From assembly GCA_052038405.1 (NCBI GenBank), contig JBQGCI010000429.1, forward strand, positions 1,150 through 65,149: DNA of 64,000 nucleotides, written 5' to 3'. Below are positions 51,797-59,970 of this stretch, one piece after another. A program made the translations under genes and the position numbers. The stretch comes from Acinetobacter pittii. GTDB taxonomy: Bacteria > Bacteroidota > Bacteroidia > Chitinophagales > Chitinophagaceae. Positions within the stretch are counted from its first letter, which is position 1, and each line of letters opens with the position of its first letter. The notes below the pieces were generated by a model that searched no databases, had not been told where the DNA came from, and worked only from the letters and a program-made list of their open reading frames with translations.

Positions 51797-51953
51797 AGTT
51801 TATTAACTACTTGTAATAATCATAAATAAAACTTGTTTTGTAGTGCTAATATATAACTTTTCAATGTTAAATAATGCGTTTTAAACGCAAATATTTTTAC
51901 TGAAAATGCAAAGTGCTAATTTTCAAATTGTAATATCAGATATTTATAGTTAG

Positions 51954-52175
51954 ATGCCCCAGAGAAAAATAAATAGATTAAAAGTTGTCCTGGCGGAGAA
52001 GGATAAAACAAATCGCTGGCTTGCTGAACAAATCGGTTATACAGAAGGAATGATATCGAGATGGGTATCGAATAGCAAACAGCCTCCGCTTGATGTTTTG
52101 TATAATATTTCTTTATTACTGAAAGTAGATATACGGGACCTGATAGAATCGAATGCTCATGTGATTAAGAAATGA
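51954..52175 (+). CDS. XRE-family HTH regulator
   Basis: NRLKVVLAEK..TNRWLA..IG...ISRWVSN..QP. Confidence 0.9.
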   Translation: MPQRKINRLKVVLAEKDKTNRWLAEQIGYTEGMISRWVSNSKQPPLDVLYNISLLLKVDIRDLIESNAHVIKK

Positions 52176-52241
52176 GCGCGTATTTATGCTTAACCAATGA
52201 ATAAAATGATAATACCAAAAGGATAGCCAGCACATATTATA

Positions 52242-52520
52242 ATGAACCGGTTGGCGGTTATTTTAAAAGAAGAGCGCGTTTCTAATAAGGAACTTGCCGA
52301 GGCGTTGGATTATGAACCTACAACTGTTTCAAAATGGGCAACCAATACGATACAGCCGCCACTTTCTACCTTCTTTCGTATCGCCTTAACGCTTGATCGG
52401 GACATGAAGGATTTTTTTGTATCAACCAAAGAAATTGAAGCAGGAGAAAAGAAGAAATTGCTTAAAGAGTTGGCGGTAATTGCGGAGAAGGGGAAGAGGA
52501 CGGGGAAGGGCAAAAAGTAA
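52242..52520 (+). CDS. XRE-family HTH regulator
   Basis: MNRL..IL.E...SNKELA......TVSKWATN..QP. Confidence 0.88.
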   Translation: MNRLAVILKEERVSNKELAEALDYEPTTVSKWATNTIQPPLSTFFRIALTLDRDMKDFFVSTKEIEAGEKKKLLKELAVIAEKGKRTGKGKK

Positions 52521-52568
52521 AGCTAATTCCTACACATTACTGTACATATGCTCCTTTAACCGGTTCTT

Positions 52569-53111
52569 TTATTTGATTACAACAAATACTATAAATACAA
52601 GTAAAGAGAGAAACATCCAAAGTAAGCTTTTATTATAGTGTTTAAATTTCTCGTTAGCAATGCTTGCAGTAATAAAAACTTGAGAATTTAAGTCGTTTAG
52701 ATATCTAGAGGAATCCTCGAGGTTACTTTCAGTTTCAAAGTCGATGAATTTCTTTTGTACCACAGAACCAAAAAAGATGTTTGATTTGCAATTCAATCCT
52801 TGCTGTTCGTAAATCGTTGGATCTATTCTGCCTTTAAGAGTTAAGTAGATATGATAAAATGTAATCACTGAAAATCCGAAGAATGCTAATGTTAGCAAAA
52901 GTGAAACAAAGTTTCGGAAACTTTCACCGTTTATTGAATCCGCCCTCTGTAAAGAAAACATGTCGGTCATGCTATTACCTACATTTGAAGTAAATATTAT
53001 TGTCAAGATTACACCAAAGAAAGTTAGGATAAATGAGCTTTTTGTATCACAATTCGAGATCCAGTGATTCATTGATTCCAGTCTTTTTGCACTTCTTTCT
53101 AGTATTTCCAT
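52569..53111 (-). CDS. Pycsar-type transmembrane effector (PycTM-like)
   Basis: WISNCDTKSS followed by TM, IFFG, LNSQV...I...KF; three hydrophobic segments; 5 bp after the cyclase. Confidence 0.85.
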   Translation of the reverse strand: MEILERSAKRLESMNHWISNCDTKSSFILTFFGVILTIIFTSNVGNSMTDMFSLQRADSINGESFRNFVSLLLTLAFFGFSVITFYHIYLTLKGRIDPTIYEQQGLNCKSNIFFGSVVQKKFIDFETESNLEDSSRYLNDLNSQVFITASIANEKFKHYNKSLLWMFLSLLVFIVFVVIK

Positions 53112-53116
53112 AGTAT

Positions 53117-54091
53117 TTAAATTTTCCAGTGTGCTACACCACCATAAACATCACATTTTATATCTTTAATTTTGTGATTATCTATTTTGGTAAAAAAATT
53201 TTTTACGATTATTTCATTTGTCGGACTGGCGCTTTTTAAGCCATTATAAACAGCGCCAGTCATCATAATGGCGGGATAGGCTGTATTGCCACCTATTTTG
53301 TCAAAGCGAATGAGTTTTCCATCGCAGTAGCTTGTTCCTAGTACATCACTAAAAGATAACTTTTTAGCGAACTCTTCATTTGTAAGTATTACTTCTTTAG
53401 GAGAGCGTTGATACATTTCATTTGACTTTTCTATTTGAACCCCAAAAAGTGGGGCGTGTGAAATAAAGAAGGGAGGATTATACGGATAATAGTTGACCTT
53501 TATTCCTGAGTGATCAATGGTCTTGTTTGCAACATCTGTTAACCGGGACGCAATATTCGCGGGATGGCCTACCCAAACTAAGTTTTTATTATCGAACCCT
53601 TCGCTTCCCAGTCTGTGTAGTCCCACTTTAACTACCTTTAACGGGCCATAATCAATTCCAATTCCACAGCGAAAATCGACTTCTTTAAATATTCCCTTTA
53701 TAATTCTTTCAGAAATGTGGTTAATTGAAATAGCACATTGAATTGCATTTAAAAAACAGTTCTGAGATGGGAAAACTATCATGACTCTGTCTCCAATAAT
53801 ATTTCTTACCCGGCCATTATGATGTTTCGCAATCTTAAGCATGGATTTAGAAAAAGCCGTGTAAATTCTACCCATTGTTTGCGTGTGGTGTTGGACATTA
53901 AGGGCAACGGAATTACGTATATCTACATAAAGAACGCAGGTCTCGATTTCCTTGCCTACCTTACTTGCCCCCCTTTCGAATGTTAACGTTGGGTCGTGGC
54001 GAGAGGGAACAAGTGTTGCCTTTGTATACTGAAAACTCTTAGTCCTGATATCGAGCACATCACCAGTAATTTCCGTTAATACTTCTTTCAT
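53117..54091 (-). CDS. Class III nucleotidyl cyclase, PycC-like (putative pyrimidine cyclase)
   Basis: VP..D, LYVDIRNS, IYTAF, GDRVM.VF, GIDYG and NLVWVGHPANIASRL motifs; adjacent to a PycTM-like gene. Confidence 0.88.
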   Translation of the reverse strand: MKEVLTEITGDVLDIRTKSFQYTKATLVPSRHDPTLTFERGASKVGKEIETCVLYVDIRNSVALNVQHHTQTMGRIYTAFSKSMLKIAKHHNGRVRNIIGDRVMIVFPSQNCFLNAIQCAISINHISERIIKGIFKEVDFRCGIGIDYGPLKVVKVGLHRLGSEGFDNKNLVWVGHPANIASRLTDVANKTIDHSGIKVNYYPYNPPFFISHAPLFGVQIEKSNEMYQRSPKEVILTNEEFAKKLSFSDVLGTSYCDGKLIRFDKIGGNTAYPAIMMTGAVYNGLKSASPTNEIIVKNFFTKIDNHKIKDIKCDVYGGVAHWKI

Positions 54092-54888
54092 TTATTCCTC
54101 CAGTATTTATTCGTTTGAAAATATTTGTAGTCAACACCTTTTAATTTTTCGGGCAAATCTTTAATCTCTTCTAAAGTCCAGAGGCTATCGTTGTTAAGGT
54201 TTGTATTCCAGTTGTCGATATGTTTATATTCCACAAAATAATTAATGCGTTCATTTTCACTAATCGATTCCAGTCTGAAGAGTTCTGTTAGGGGTTTTCC
54301 GACAACAGTTAGTTCATTGTAGAATCCGGATTTGTTTTTAAAGTAATTAATTTTCCCAAAATGAAACGCAATTTTGCTTTCGAATTTATTAGTGTCCCAG
54401 GTCTCTCTAATAATTTCTTTTGCACATTTGTCGGCCTCTGAAATGCACTCCTTTAATGGCTTGGATAAAAACGGTTGCCCAAATATGCAAATGATTCCAT
54501 CTCCAATTATTTTGTCGATCTCGCCTCCATATTTATATATAATTGGAATTACCTTGTCGTAGTATTGATCGAAGTATTCACTAATTTGTTTGCCATTGAA
54601 GTGTCCGAAGCGAGTTGAAAAGTTACATACATCAATGAAAAGAAGAACTATTTCGGCGTCTTTTCCTTGCTCGAAATAAGTATAGTAGTTAGGCCCTAAT
54701 GATTGAATGTTGCTTTGTATCGACGCTTCAATATTCCTAGCATCAATAGATTCGTTTATAGAAAAATTTTTGGTTGAGTAAGTGAAGGGGCTGCTTTTAC
54801 GATACTTCTGATTTAACTTTTTTATTAATTCTAAATTTGCCATATTGCTTGTATTAGAGACTTCTCCATTTTTTGAAAAAATTCCCAA
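54088..54888 (-). CDS. Second class III nucleotidyl cyclase domain protein (start TTG 54888 or ATG 54843)
   Basis: LFIDVCNFS, GGEIDKIIGDG, HFG and TVVG...RLES motifs; ATGA overlap with the PycC-like gene. Confidence 0.85.
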   Translation of the reverse strand: MGIFSKNGEVSNTSNMANLELIKKLNQKYRKSSPFTYSTKNFSINESIDARNIEASIQSNIQSLGPNYYTYFEQGKDAEIVLLFIDVCNFSTRFGHFNGKQISEYFDQYYDKVIPIIYKYGGEIDKIIGDGIICIFGQPFLSKPLKECISEADKCAKEIIRETWDTNKFESKIAFHFGKINYFKNKSGFYNELTVVGKPLTELFRLESISENERINYFVEYKHIDNWNTNLNNDSLWTLEEIKDLPEKLKGVDYKYFQTNKYWRNK

Positions 54889-54919
54889 ATTATTTTTGGG
54901 ACTTATACGAATGCCATCA

Positions 54920-55693
54920 TTATCGTTTAATTACTTCTGCTATTTCCGTTGCTATTTCTTTAATTGTGTAGGATGAAGTGTTTCTTGCAACTTTATCCGC
55001 AAGAGATGGGCTGAAATCAATTACCTCCTGTTTAGTTATGTCGTGCCATATAGGAAGTACAATCTGTTCGCCGCTGACAGATTTGGTTATTATGCCATCT
55101 AATTCATAGTTTGTCCAGCCTTTTCTGATAAAGTTCTTTGAAAGAACAACAATGCCAAACCGGCTATTCGCTAAACCTTTATCTATCTTTCTTCTCAAGC
55201 TGTCACCAATTGATAATTCAAACTCATCATACCAAACTTTTAACCCTTGTGACTGAAGTTCAAGCGCCAATGGGCGAACCACACCATCTTTGTCATCAGA
55301 AGCATGAGAAATAAAAACGTCATATTTTCTAATGATTGGATCTTCACCGATCGTTCCTGGAATTTCCTTATCCTGTACAAGCGAAGGTACCGATGAAAGT
55401 GACGCCTGTCTCGCAAGCGGCAGATTTCCGGGAAGTACATTTACTGATGAATTTATACGTCCTGGGTAGCCTCCAAGATCTATAACGACATGCCAGGACC
55501 CCGACCGAGGAACTTTAACTTTGTAAGGCGACTTTTTTACATAGCCTCCATAAAAGATGTGTCGTCGTCCTGATTTATAGTTTTGGAAATTTGAGCTGTC
55601 AAGTAGCCTTACGTTAGCGGCGTTTCTTCTAAGGGTTACTTCTACTATTTCCCCTCCTTTTAGGTTACCTAAATTGTATTGCTGAAATTGCAT
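54920..55693 (-). CDS. DUF1883-like N-terminal domain + TIR domain protein
   Basis: ANVRLLDSSNFQNY, YGG, VPRSGSWHVVIDLGG; YDVFISHAS, VWYDEF, GDSL and WTNYE (catalytic Glu present). Confidence 0.88.
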   Translation of the reverse strand: MQFQQYNLGNLKGGEIVEVTLRRNAANVRLLDSSNFQNYKSGRRHIFYGGYVKKSPYKVKVPRSGSWHVVIDLGGYPGRINSSVNVLPGNLPLARQASLSSVPSLVQDKEIPGTIGEDPIIRKYDVFISHASDDKDGVVRPLALELQSQGLKVWYDEFELSIGDSLRRKIDKGLANSRFGIVVLSKNFIRKGWTNYELDGIITKSVSGEQIVLPIWHDITKQEVIDFSPSLADKVARNTSSYTIKEIATEIAEVIKR

Positions 55694-55719
55694 AGCATTT
55701 TTTTGAACAATAATATGAT

Positions 55720-56025
55720 CTAATAGCTTTCAATGGCATCTATCCATCCGATTTTGTTTATTCTTCCAATGCGATTGATTTTGGGAATAGGCGGGATAGG
55801 ATTAATGGGAGGTATTTTAGGTATTCTGTTTATAGGCTTAATGCCATTGGCTCTTCTAAGAATATAATTTTCGTTGATGATTTCGCCCAGAAACTCTCCA
55901 TCCTTCTTCCATGCTCTGAGACTGTCATCTATCCATCCCATGTAAACTGCATGTTTGTCGAAAATCCGGTTGTTATAGATAAAACCCCAATACAGCCCGC
56001 TCCATTTATAAATTGGTATTTTCAT
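55720..56025 (-). CDS. Small beta-flower-like protein with Pro-rich tail
   Basis: Repeated aromatic-x-x-x-G-x-aromatic-x-G hairpins (IYKWSGLYWG, FDKHAVYMG, WKKDGEFLG), then IPKIPPINPIPPIPK. Confidence 0.6.
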   Translation of the reverse strand: MKIPIYKWSGLYWGFIYNNRIFDKHAVYMGWIDDSLRAWKKDGEFLGEIINENYILRRANGIKPINRIPKIPPINPIPPIPKINRIGRINKIGWIDAIESY

Positions 56026-56711
56026 TGATACATCATTTTTTTTAGGTTAGTAAGTGTAGGAACTAATAATGGCGAGATTTCACCTGTTCTAATTTGTTCA
56101 TAGCTTAGCTCTTCACCGCTAATTACATCAACGACTATACAGAATTTTGGATCTACCTCGTGTTTTTTCTTGTAGTTTTTATCAAGGTAGCGGTACAATA
56201 TCTCACTAAAAATGCTGAGCTCCGCTCGGCTGTAACCTCCCTTTTGCGCCACATACCATATTCCACCAATTTTGTCTGTACCATCTTCTTTAAATTCAAA
56301 AGCTAGCCACTGGGCTGCCTTAATTTCAAAACCGCTAAGAGCGGTAATATAGTTATGTGTTTGATTTTTTATTACGTTTGATTTAACTGCAGGTTTCCAT
56401 TTTGAAAAATCAACATGCTCATATCTACGCAGTATATTAATGTTGAGTTGAAACTGATCTCTGACATGGTCGGCTTTTGTATTTTCCGCCTTCTCTTCCA
56501 ATCGTGATATCTTTTCATCGTATGCTTCTTTGTCACCGAATCTGAAATAGGCTTTTAATGCAGAAATACTGGATACCCAGTAATCCCCGCCACCACCGTC
56601 TTCTGTCTTTTCCTCTTTTTCTTCGCCATTTAAATTTGCAACAAAATTTTTCTTTCGTGCATCTGTCATGCGATTGAACTCGATAATGTCTCTCAATTTT
56701 AATTTTTTCAT
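56022..56711 (-). CDS. Hypothetical protein (first gene of the defence operon)
   Basis: 229 aa with GGDYW motif; ATGA overlap with the next gene. Confidence 0.75.
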   Translation of the reverse strand: MKKLKLRDIIEFNRMTDARKKNFVANLNGEEKEEKTEDGGGGDYWVSSISALKAYFRFGDKEAYDEKISRLEEKAENTKADHVRDQFQLNINILRRYEHVDFSKWKPAVKSNVIKNQTHNYITALSGFEIKAAQWLAFEFKEDGTDKIGGIWYVAQKGGYSRAELSIFSEILYRYLDKNYKKKHEVDPKFCIVVDVISGEELSYEQIRTGEISPLLVPTLTNLKKMMYQ

Positions 56712-56911
56712 CCTTTCTTTTTACTTATTAATAATACTATTTTGCTTACTCCGGCGTTTACTAACCCGGCGTGAATTTGATATACTCATTCGTATATCAT
56801 CACCAGCAATCCAATTAAATAAGAGGAGAAAAAATAAAGCGGAGACAAGGCCAATCCGATCAAAGAGCCGGATTTGGTGGTTTGATACGGTTTCCCGTAA
56901 ATTCGCAATTA

Positions 56912-57006
56912 TAACAAACTAATTTTGGAAGAGGGCGGCGTTAAAAACGCCGGGTCGCCAAACCTTTCTTTTCCAATTTCGTAAGGGTCCCGAAAGGGAC
57001 CTTTCT
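56912..57006 (+). ncRNA. Candidate small structured RNA
   Basis: TTTG (56873)-21 nt-TAAATTCG (56898) promoter-like. Stems ttggaagag/cttttccaa, cggcgtt/aacgccg and ggtccc-GAAA-gggacc followed by ttt. Confidence 0.5.
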
Positions 57007-57342
57007 CATTATTTAAAGAACTCAAAATTTAACTCAACAATTTCTAATCCAATCTGTTTTCGCTTTAAAGTGCCGCCATCTTGTCCGGCAAGTTTTTTTA
57101 TTTCAAAACGTTACTCTTAAAATGAAAGACAAATTGTCCAATTTTATTCTTTCCTGACAAAGTTACAAAACGTCATTCAACAAACAAAATCGTAACTTTA
57201 ATTTGTCAGTTTCAAAAATCCTCTTTACTTTTGCAGTACGAAAAAAAACAAGTGCACTGGGGGTTTCCTATCCTATTTATTACAATAAGCATTAACAGGC
57301 TTATTTCTTAACGTCAGTTTTGTTACTATTAAATGATCCGTT

Positions 57343-58422
57343 ATGAGCAATACTGAAAACTTATTTGCTACCCGCTTTAAATCTGCCCGCCTGCTTAATG
57401 GTTTTTCTTTACAGGATTTGGCAGATGTTTTGAAAGAGCAGGGGCATTCATTGACCAAGCAATCTTTACATCGGTATGAAAAAGGAGAAGTGGAGCCGGA
57501 CAGTGAGATTACCGGCTGGTTGAGTGATGCGCTAAATGTACGCCCCGACTTTTTTACCCGCACTATTCATGTTGAAATTGGTGCTATAGAATACCGTAAA
57601 TTAAAAAGCGTTGCATCCAAAGAGGATGACCGCATTGTGGAACAAACCCGCGAATACCTGAGCCGCTACCTGGAGCTGGAAGAAATACTGGCATTGCCGG
57701 TAAACTTTAAAAATCCGTTACAGGATTTTAAAGTGGTAAAAGAGTATGCCGATGTAAATGAAGCAGCGATACAACTACGCAAAAAATGGATCCTGGGCGA
57801 TGATCCTATTGCTAATATTGTAGAATTGCTGGAAGATAAACATATAAAAGTGGTACCGCTGGATGCCGATATGGGATTTGATGGATTGCAAACCACCGTA
57901 AACAAAACCATCCCGGTAATAGCTTATAATAGTCGCAAAATTGTAAAACCCGATCGTATCCGCTTTACCCTGCTACATGAGTTGGGACATCTGTTACTAC
58001 AATTTGATCTTGCTCTCACTAATAAACAGGTTGAAACCCTTTGCCACCAGTTTGCAGGGGCCATGCTGTTGCCTGAAAAGGCGATTATAAGGGAGCTGGG
58101 GCAACACCGTACCCGGTTGTATATGCAGGAGCTGGGGCACATCAAAACCCAGTATGGTATCTCGATGCAGGCTGTTGTGATGCGTGCTAAGGTATGCGGC
58201 ATTATTAATGATCATTATGCCAAACAGTTCTTCTTCATCATGAACAATAATGGCTGGAAGGTAGATGAACCGGTGGACTATAATGGCGAGGAAAAATCGA
58301 ACCGATTTGATCAGTTACTATTGCGTGCCCTGGCAGAAGAGCAAATATCTATGAGTAAAGCAGCCGCATTAAAAAATCAAAAACTGGCTGATTTTAAAAG
58401 AGATTTCCTGATGGCGTTTTAG
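57343..58422 (+). CDS. XRE HTH + ImmA/IrrE (M78) zinc metallopeptidase fusion
   Basis: RFKSARLLNGFSLQDLA HTH; RIRFTLLHELGH, CHQFAGAMLLP and YGISMQA motifs. Confidence 0.92.
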   Translation: MSNTENLFATRFKSARLLNGFSLQDLADVLKEQGHSLTKQSLHRYEKGEVEPDSEITGWLSDALNVRPDFFTRTIHVEIGAIEYRKLKSVASKEDDRIVEQTREYLSRYLELEEILALPVNFKNPLQDFKVVKEYADVNEAAIQLRKKWILGDDPIANIVELLEDKHIKVVPLDADMGFDGLQTTVNKTIPVIAYNSRKIVKPDRIRFTLLHELGHLLLQFDLALTNKQVETLCHQFAGAMLLPEKAIIRELGQHRTRLYMQELGHIKTQYGISMQAVVMRAKVCGIINDHYAKQFFFIMNNNGWKVDEPVDYNGEEKSNRFDQLLLRALAEEQISMSKAAALKNQKLADFKRDFLMAF

Positions 58423-58455
58423 TGCTAACTTTACCTACACCAATGTACTGCCATT

Positions 58456-58965
58456 ATGGAGAAAGTGGCTATAACAGATGCCTGCATATTTATTGACCTT
58501 TATGAATTGAAGTTGCTGACTCATTTCTTCGAGATGGAGTTGGAAGTGCATACCACCATTAATGTGATGAATGAGCTGATTACAGAGCAGCGACAACATT
58601 TACAGGTATATCATTCTGTAAAAAAACTAACCATTCATGTAGCCGGAGAGGTGGATCATAAAATCATCCGACTTAATAATTATCCGAGTTCGCTTTCAGA
58701 AAGTGATTGCTCTGTACTTTATTTTGCAGAAAAGCATAATGCCATTCTTTTAAGCAGTGATAAAGTGGTGCGCAATACAGCCAAAAAGCGTTTGATCGAT
58801 TATCATGGTATGCTTTGGATTTTCGACCGTTTGGTAGCAGCCGGGCTATTGAGTGCAGAAGATGCTTGTACTAAACTACAGCACCTTATTAAATCCAATA
58901 TCGTTTTCCAGAATAATCGTGAATTGGTGGCTGAAATGGAAAAGCGGCTGAGGGAGTGGAGGTAA
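58456..58965 (+). CDS. PIN-domain protein (DUF3368-like)
   Basis: ITDACIFIDL, V..E, LSESD, LLSSDK.VR and HG.LW acidic PIN pattern. Confidence 0.8.
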   Translation: MEKVAITDACIFIDLYELKLLTHFFEMELEVHTTINVMNELITEQRQHLQVYHSVKKLTIHVAGEVDHKIIRLNNYPSSLSESDCSVLYFAEKHNAILLSSDKVVRNTAKKRLIDYHGMLWIFDRLVAAGLLSAEDACTKLQHLIKSNIVFQNNRELVAEMEKRLREWR

Positions 58966-59293
58966 TTATCATTTTACCCTTAATCTGTTTACAATGGCTT
59001 TATGAGGTTTGTATAAATATCTGGCCACGCAGGTTATTTTTTGGCAGGGCTAGGTCGGGTTCTTTTTTCCACGCTTTTTTTATGCAAAAAAAGGTGGAGC
59101 CAAAGAGGCAGCCGAAAATTGTTGCAAGCGAATTTTCGGCGGGAATTACTATCGTCAATGTACTTGGCAAATGAGCCATGAATATTTGCTCACGCACGCT
59201 TTACCAGCCTTTAAAAATTGGTTTAATATTGATGATTAAAAAAAGCGAAAATGTCGACACTTAGTTTTTGCACGTATGTAGCGGGTCGTCAAT

Positions 59294-59326
59294 AAAAAAG
59301 CCTGAAGACCGCCAATGTCTTCAGGC
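59294..59326 (-). terminator. Rho-independent terminator
   Basis: gcctgaagac/gtcttcaggc stem with an A run on the left, which is a U tract on the minus strand. Confidence 0.7.
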
Positions 59327-59427
59327 CCGATGATATGATTTATTGAAAATTGCCTAAAAATTTAAACGGCTAAAATATCTACCGCTAGCTGATTGCGATA
59401 CACCTACAGCCTGAAGCATAAACTCTC

Positions 59428-59970
59428 TCAGCAGCCGCCTTTGGGAGGAATGCGTTTATAAATCATTTTGCCATCCCGTTCTACATAGGCGCCCGTTACT
59501 ATTGCATACGAGTACTTAGGCGCGTGCGATACAACATGACCTCTGATGATTAGCCTGTCGTTTACCTTCAGGCTACGCAATGCCTCCAACTGAGATTTTT
59601 CCGGCGAAAAATTAAGGATATAGTCTTCACCCTCAATTCGGGCCATTACGCCGAAACCTAACCTGGAGCCTGGCGGAAGCGAAAGACTTGTGATGACCGC
59701 CTCCATACTGGTAGCATCAGCAATATGCCTGTTTATTTTAGCAGCAGTAGTCAGCACTTTTTTACCTTCGGGAGACGCCGTCCATTTTTTGTAAGCGATG
59801 CCTCCGGGAGTGGATTCCCATTGTTTTATGGCTGCTGTTTTTTTTTCAGCTGCAGAAAGTGGTTTCGGGGCCGGTTTTTCAACATTTTTATTTTCGATTT
59901 CCCGATTGGCAAATACCAATCCGCTTACTATTGCCAGCGGCAACATCAGTGCATAAATAACTTTTTTCAT
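59428..59970 (-). CDS. Exported hypothetical protein (possible OB-fold C-terminus)
   Basis: Signal peptide; repeated W..(T/S)P.G motif. Confidence 0.65.
   Translation of the reverse strand: MKKVIYALMLPLAIVSGLVFANREIENKNVEKPAPKPLSAAEKKTAAIKQWESTPGGIAYKKWTASPEGKKVLTTAAKINRHIADATSMEAVITSLSLPPGSRLGFGVMARIEGEDYILNFSPEKSQLEALRSLKVNDRLIIRGHVVSHAPKYSYAIVTGAYVERDGKMIYKRIPPKGGC

Noticed and set aside
54903-54920. ATG overlapping the TIR stop as the start of cyclase A
   Set aside because: It is out of frame and encodes only MMAFV-stop; a tiny coupling peptide cannot be supported from sequence alone.
54920-55693. Thoeris or CBASS assignment for the TIR gene
   Set aside because: No ThsA-type (SIR2/SLOG or macro) gene and no CD-NTase nearby; the cyclases are class III.
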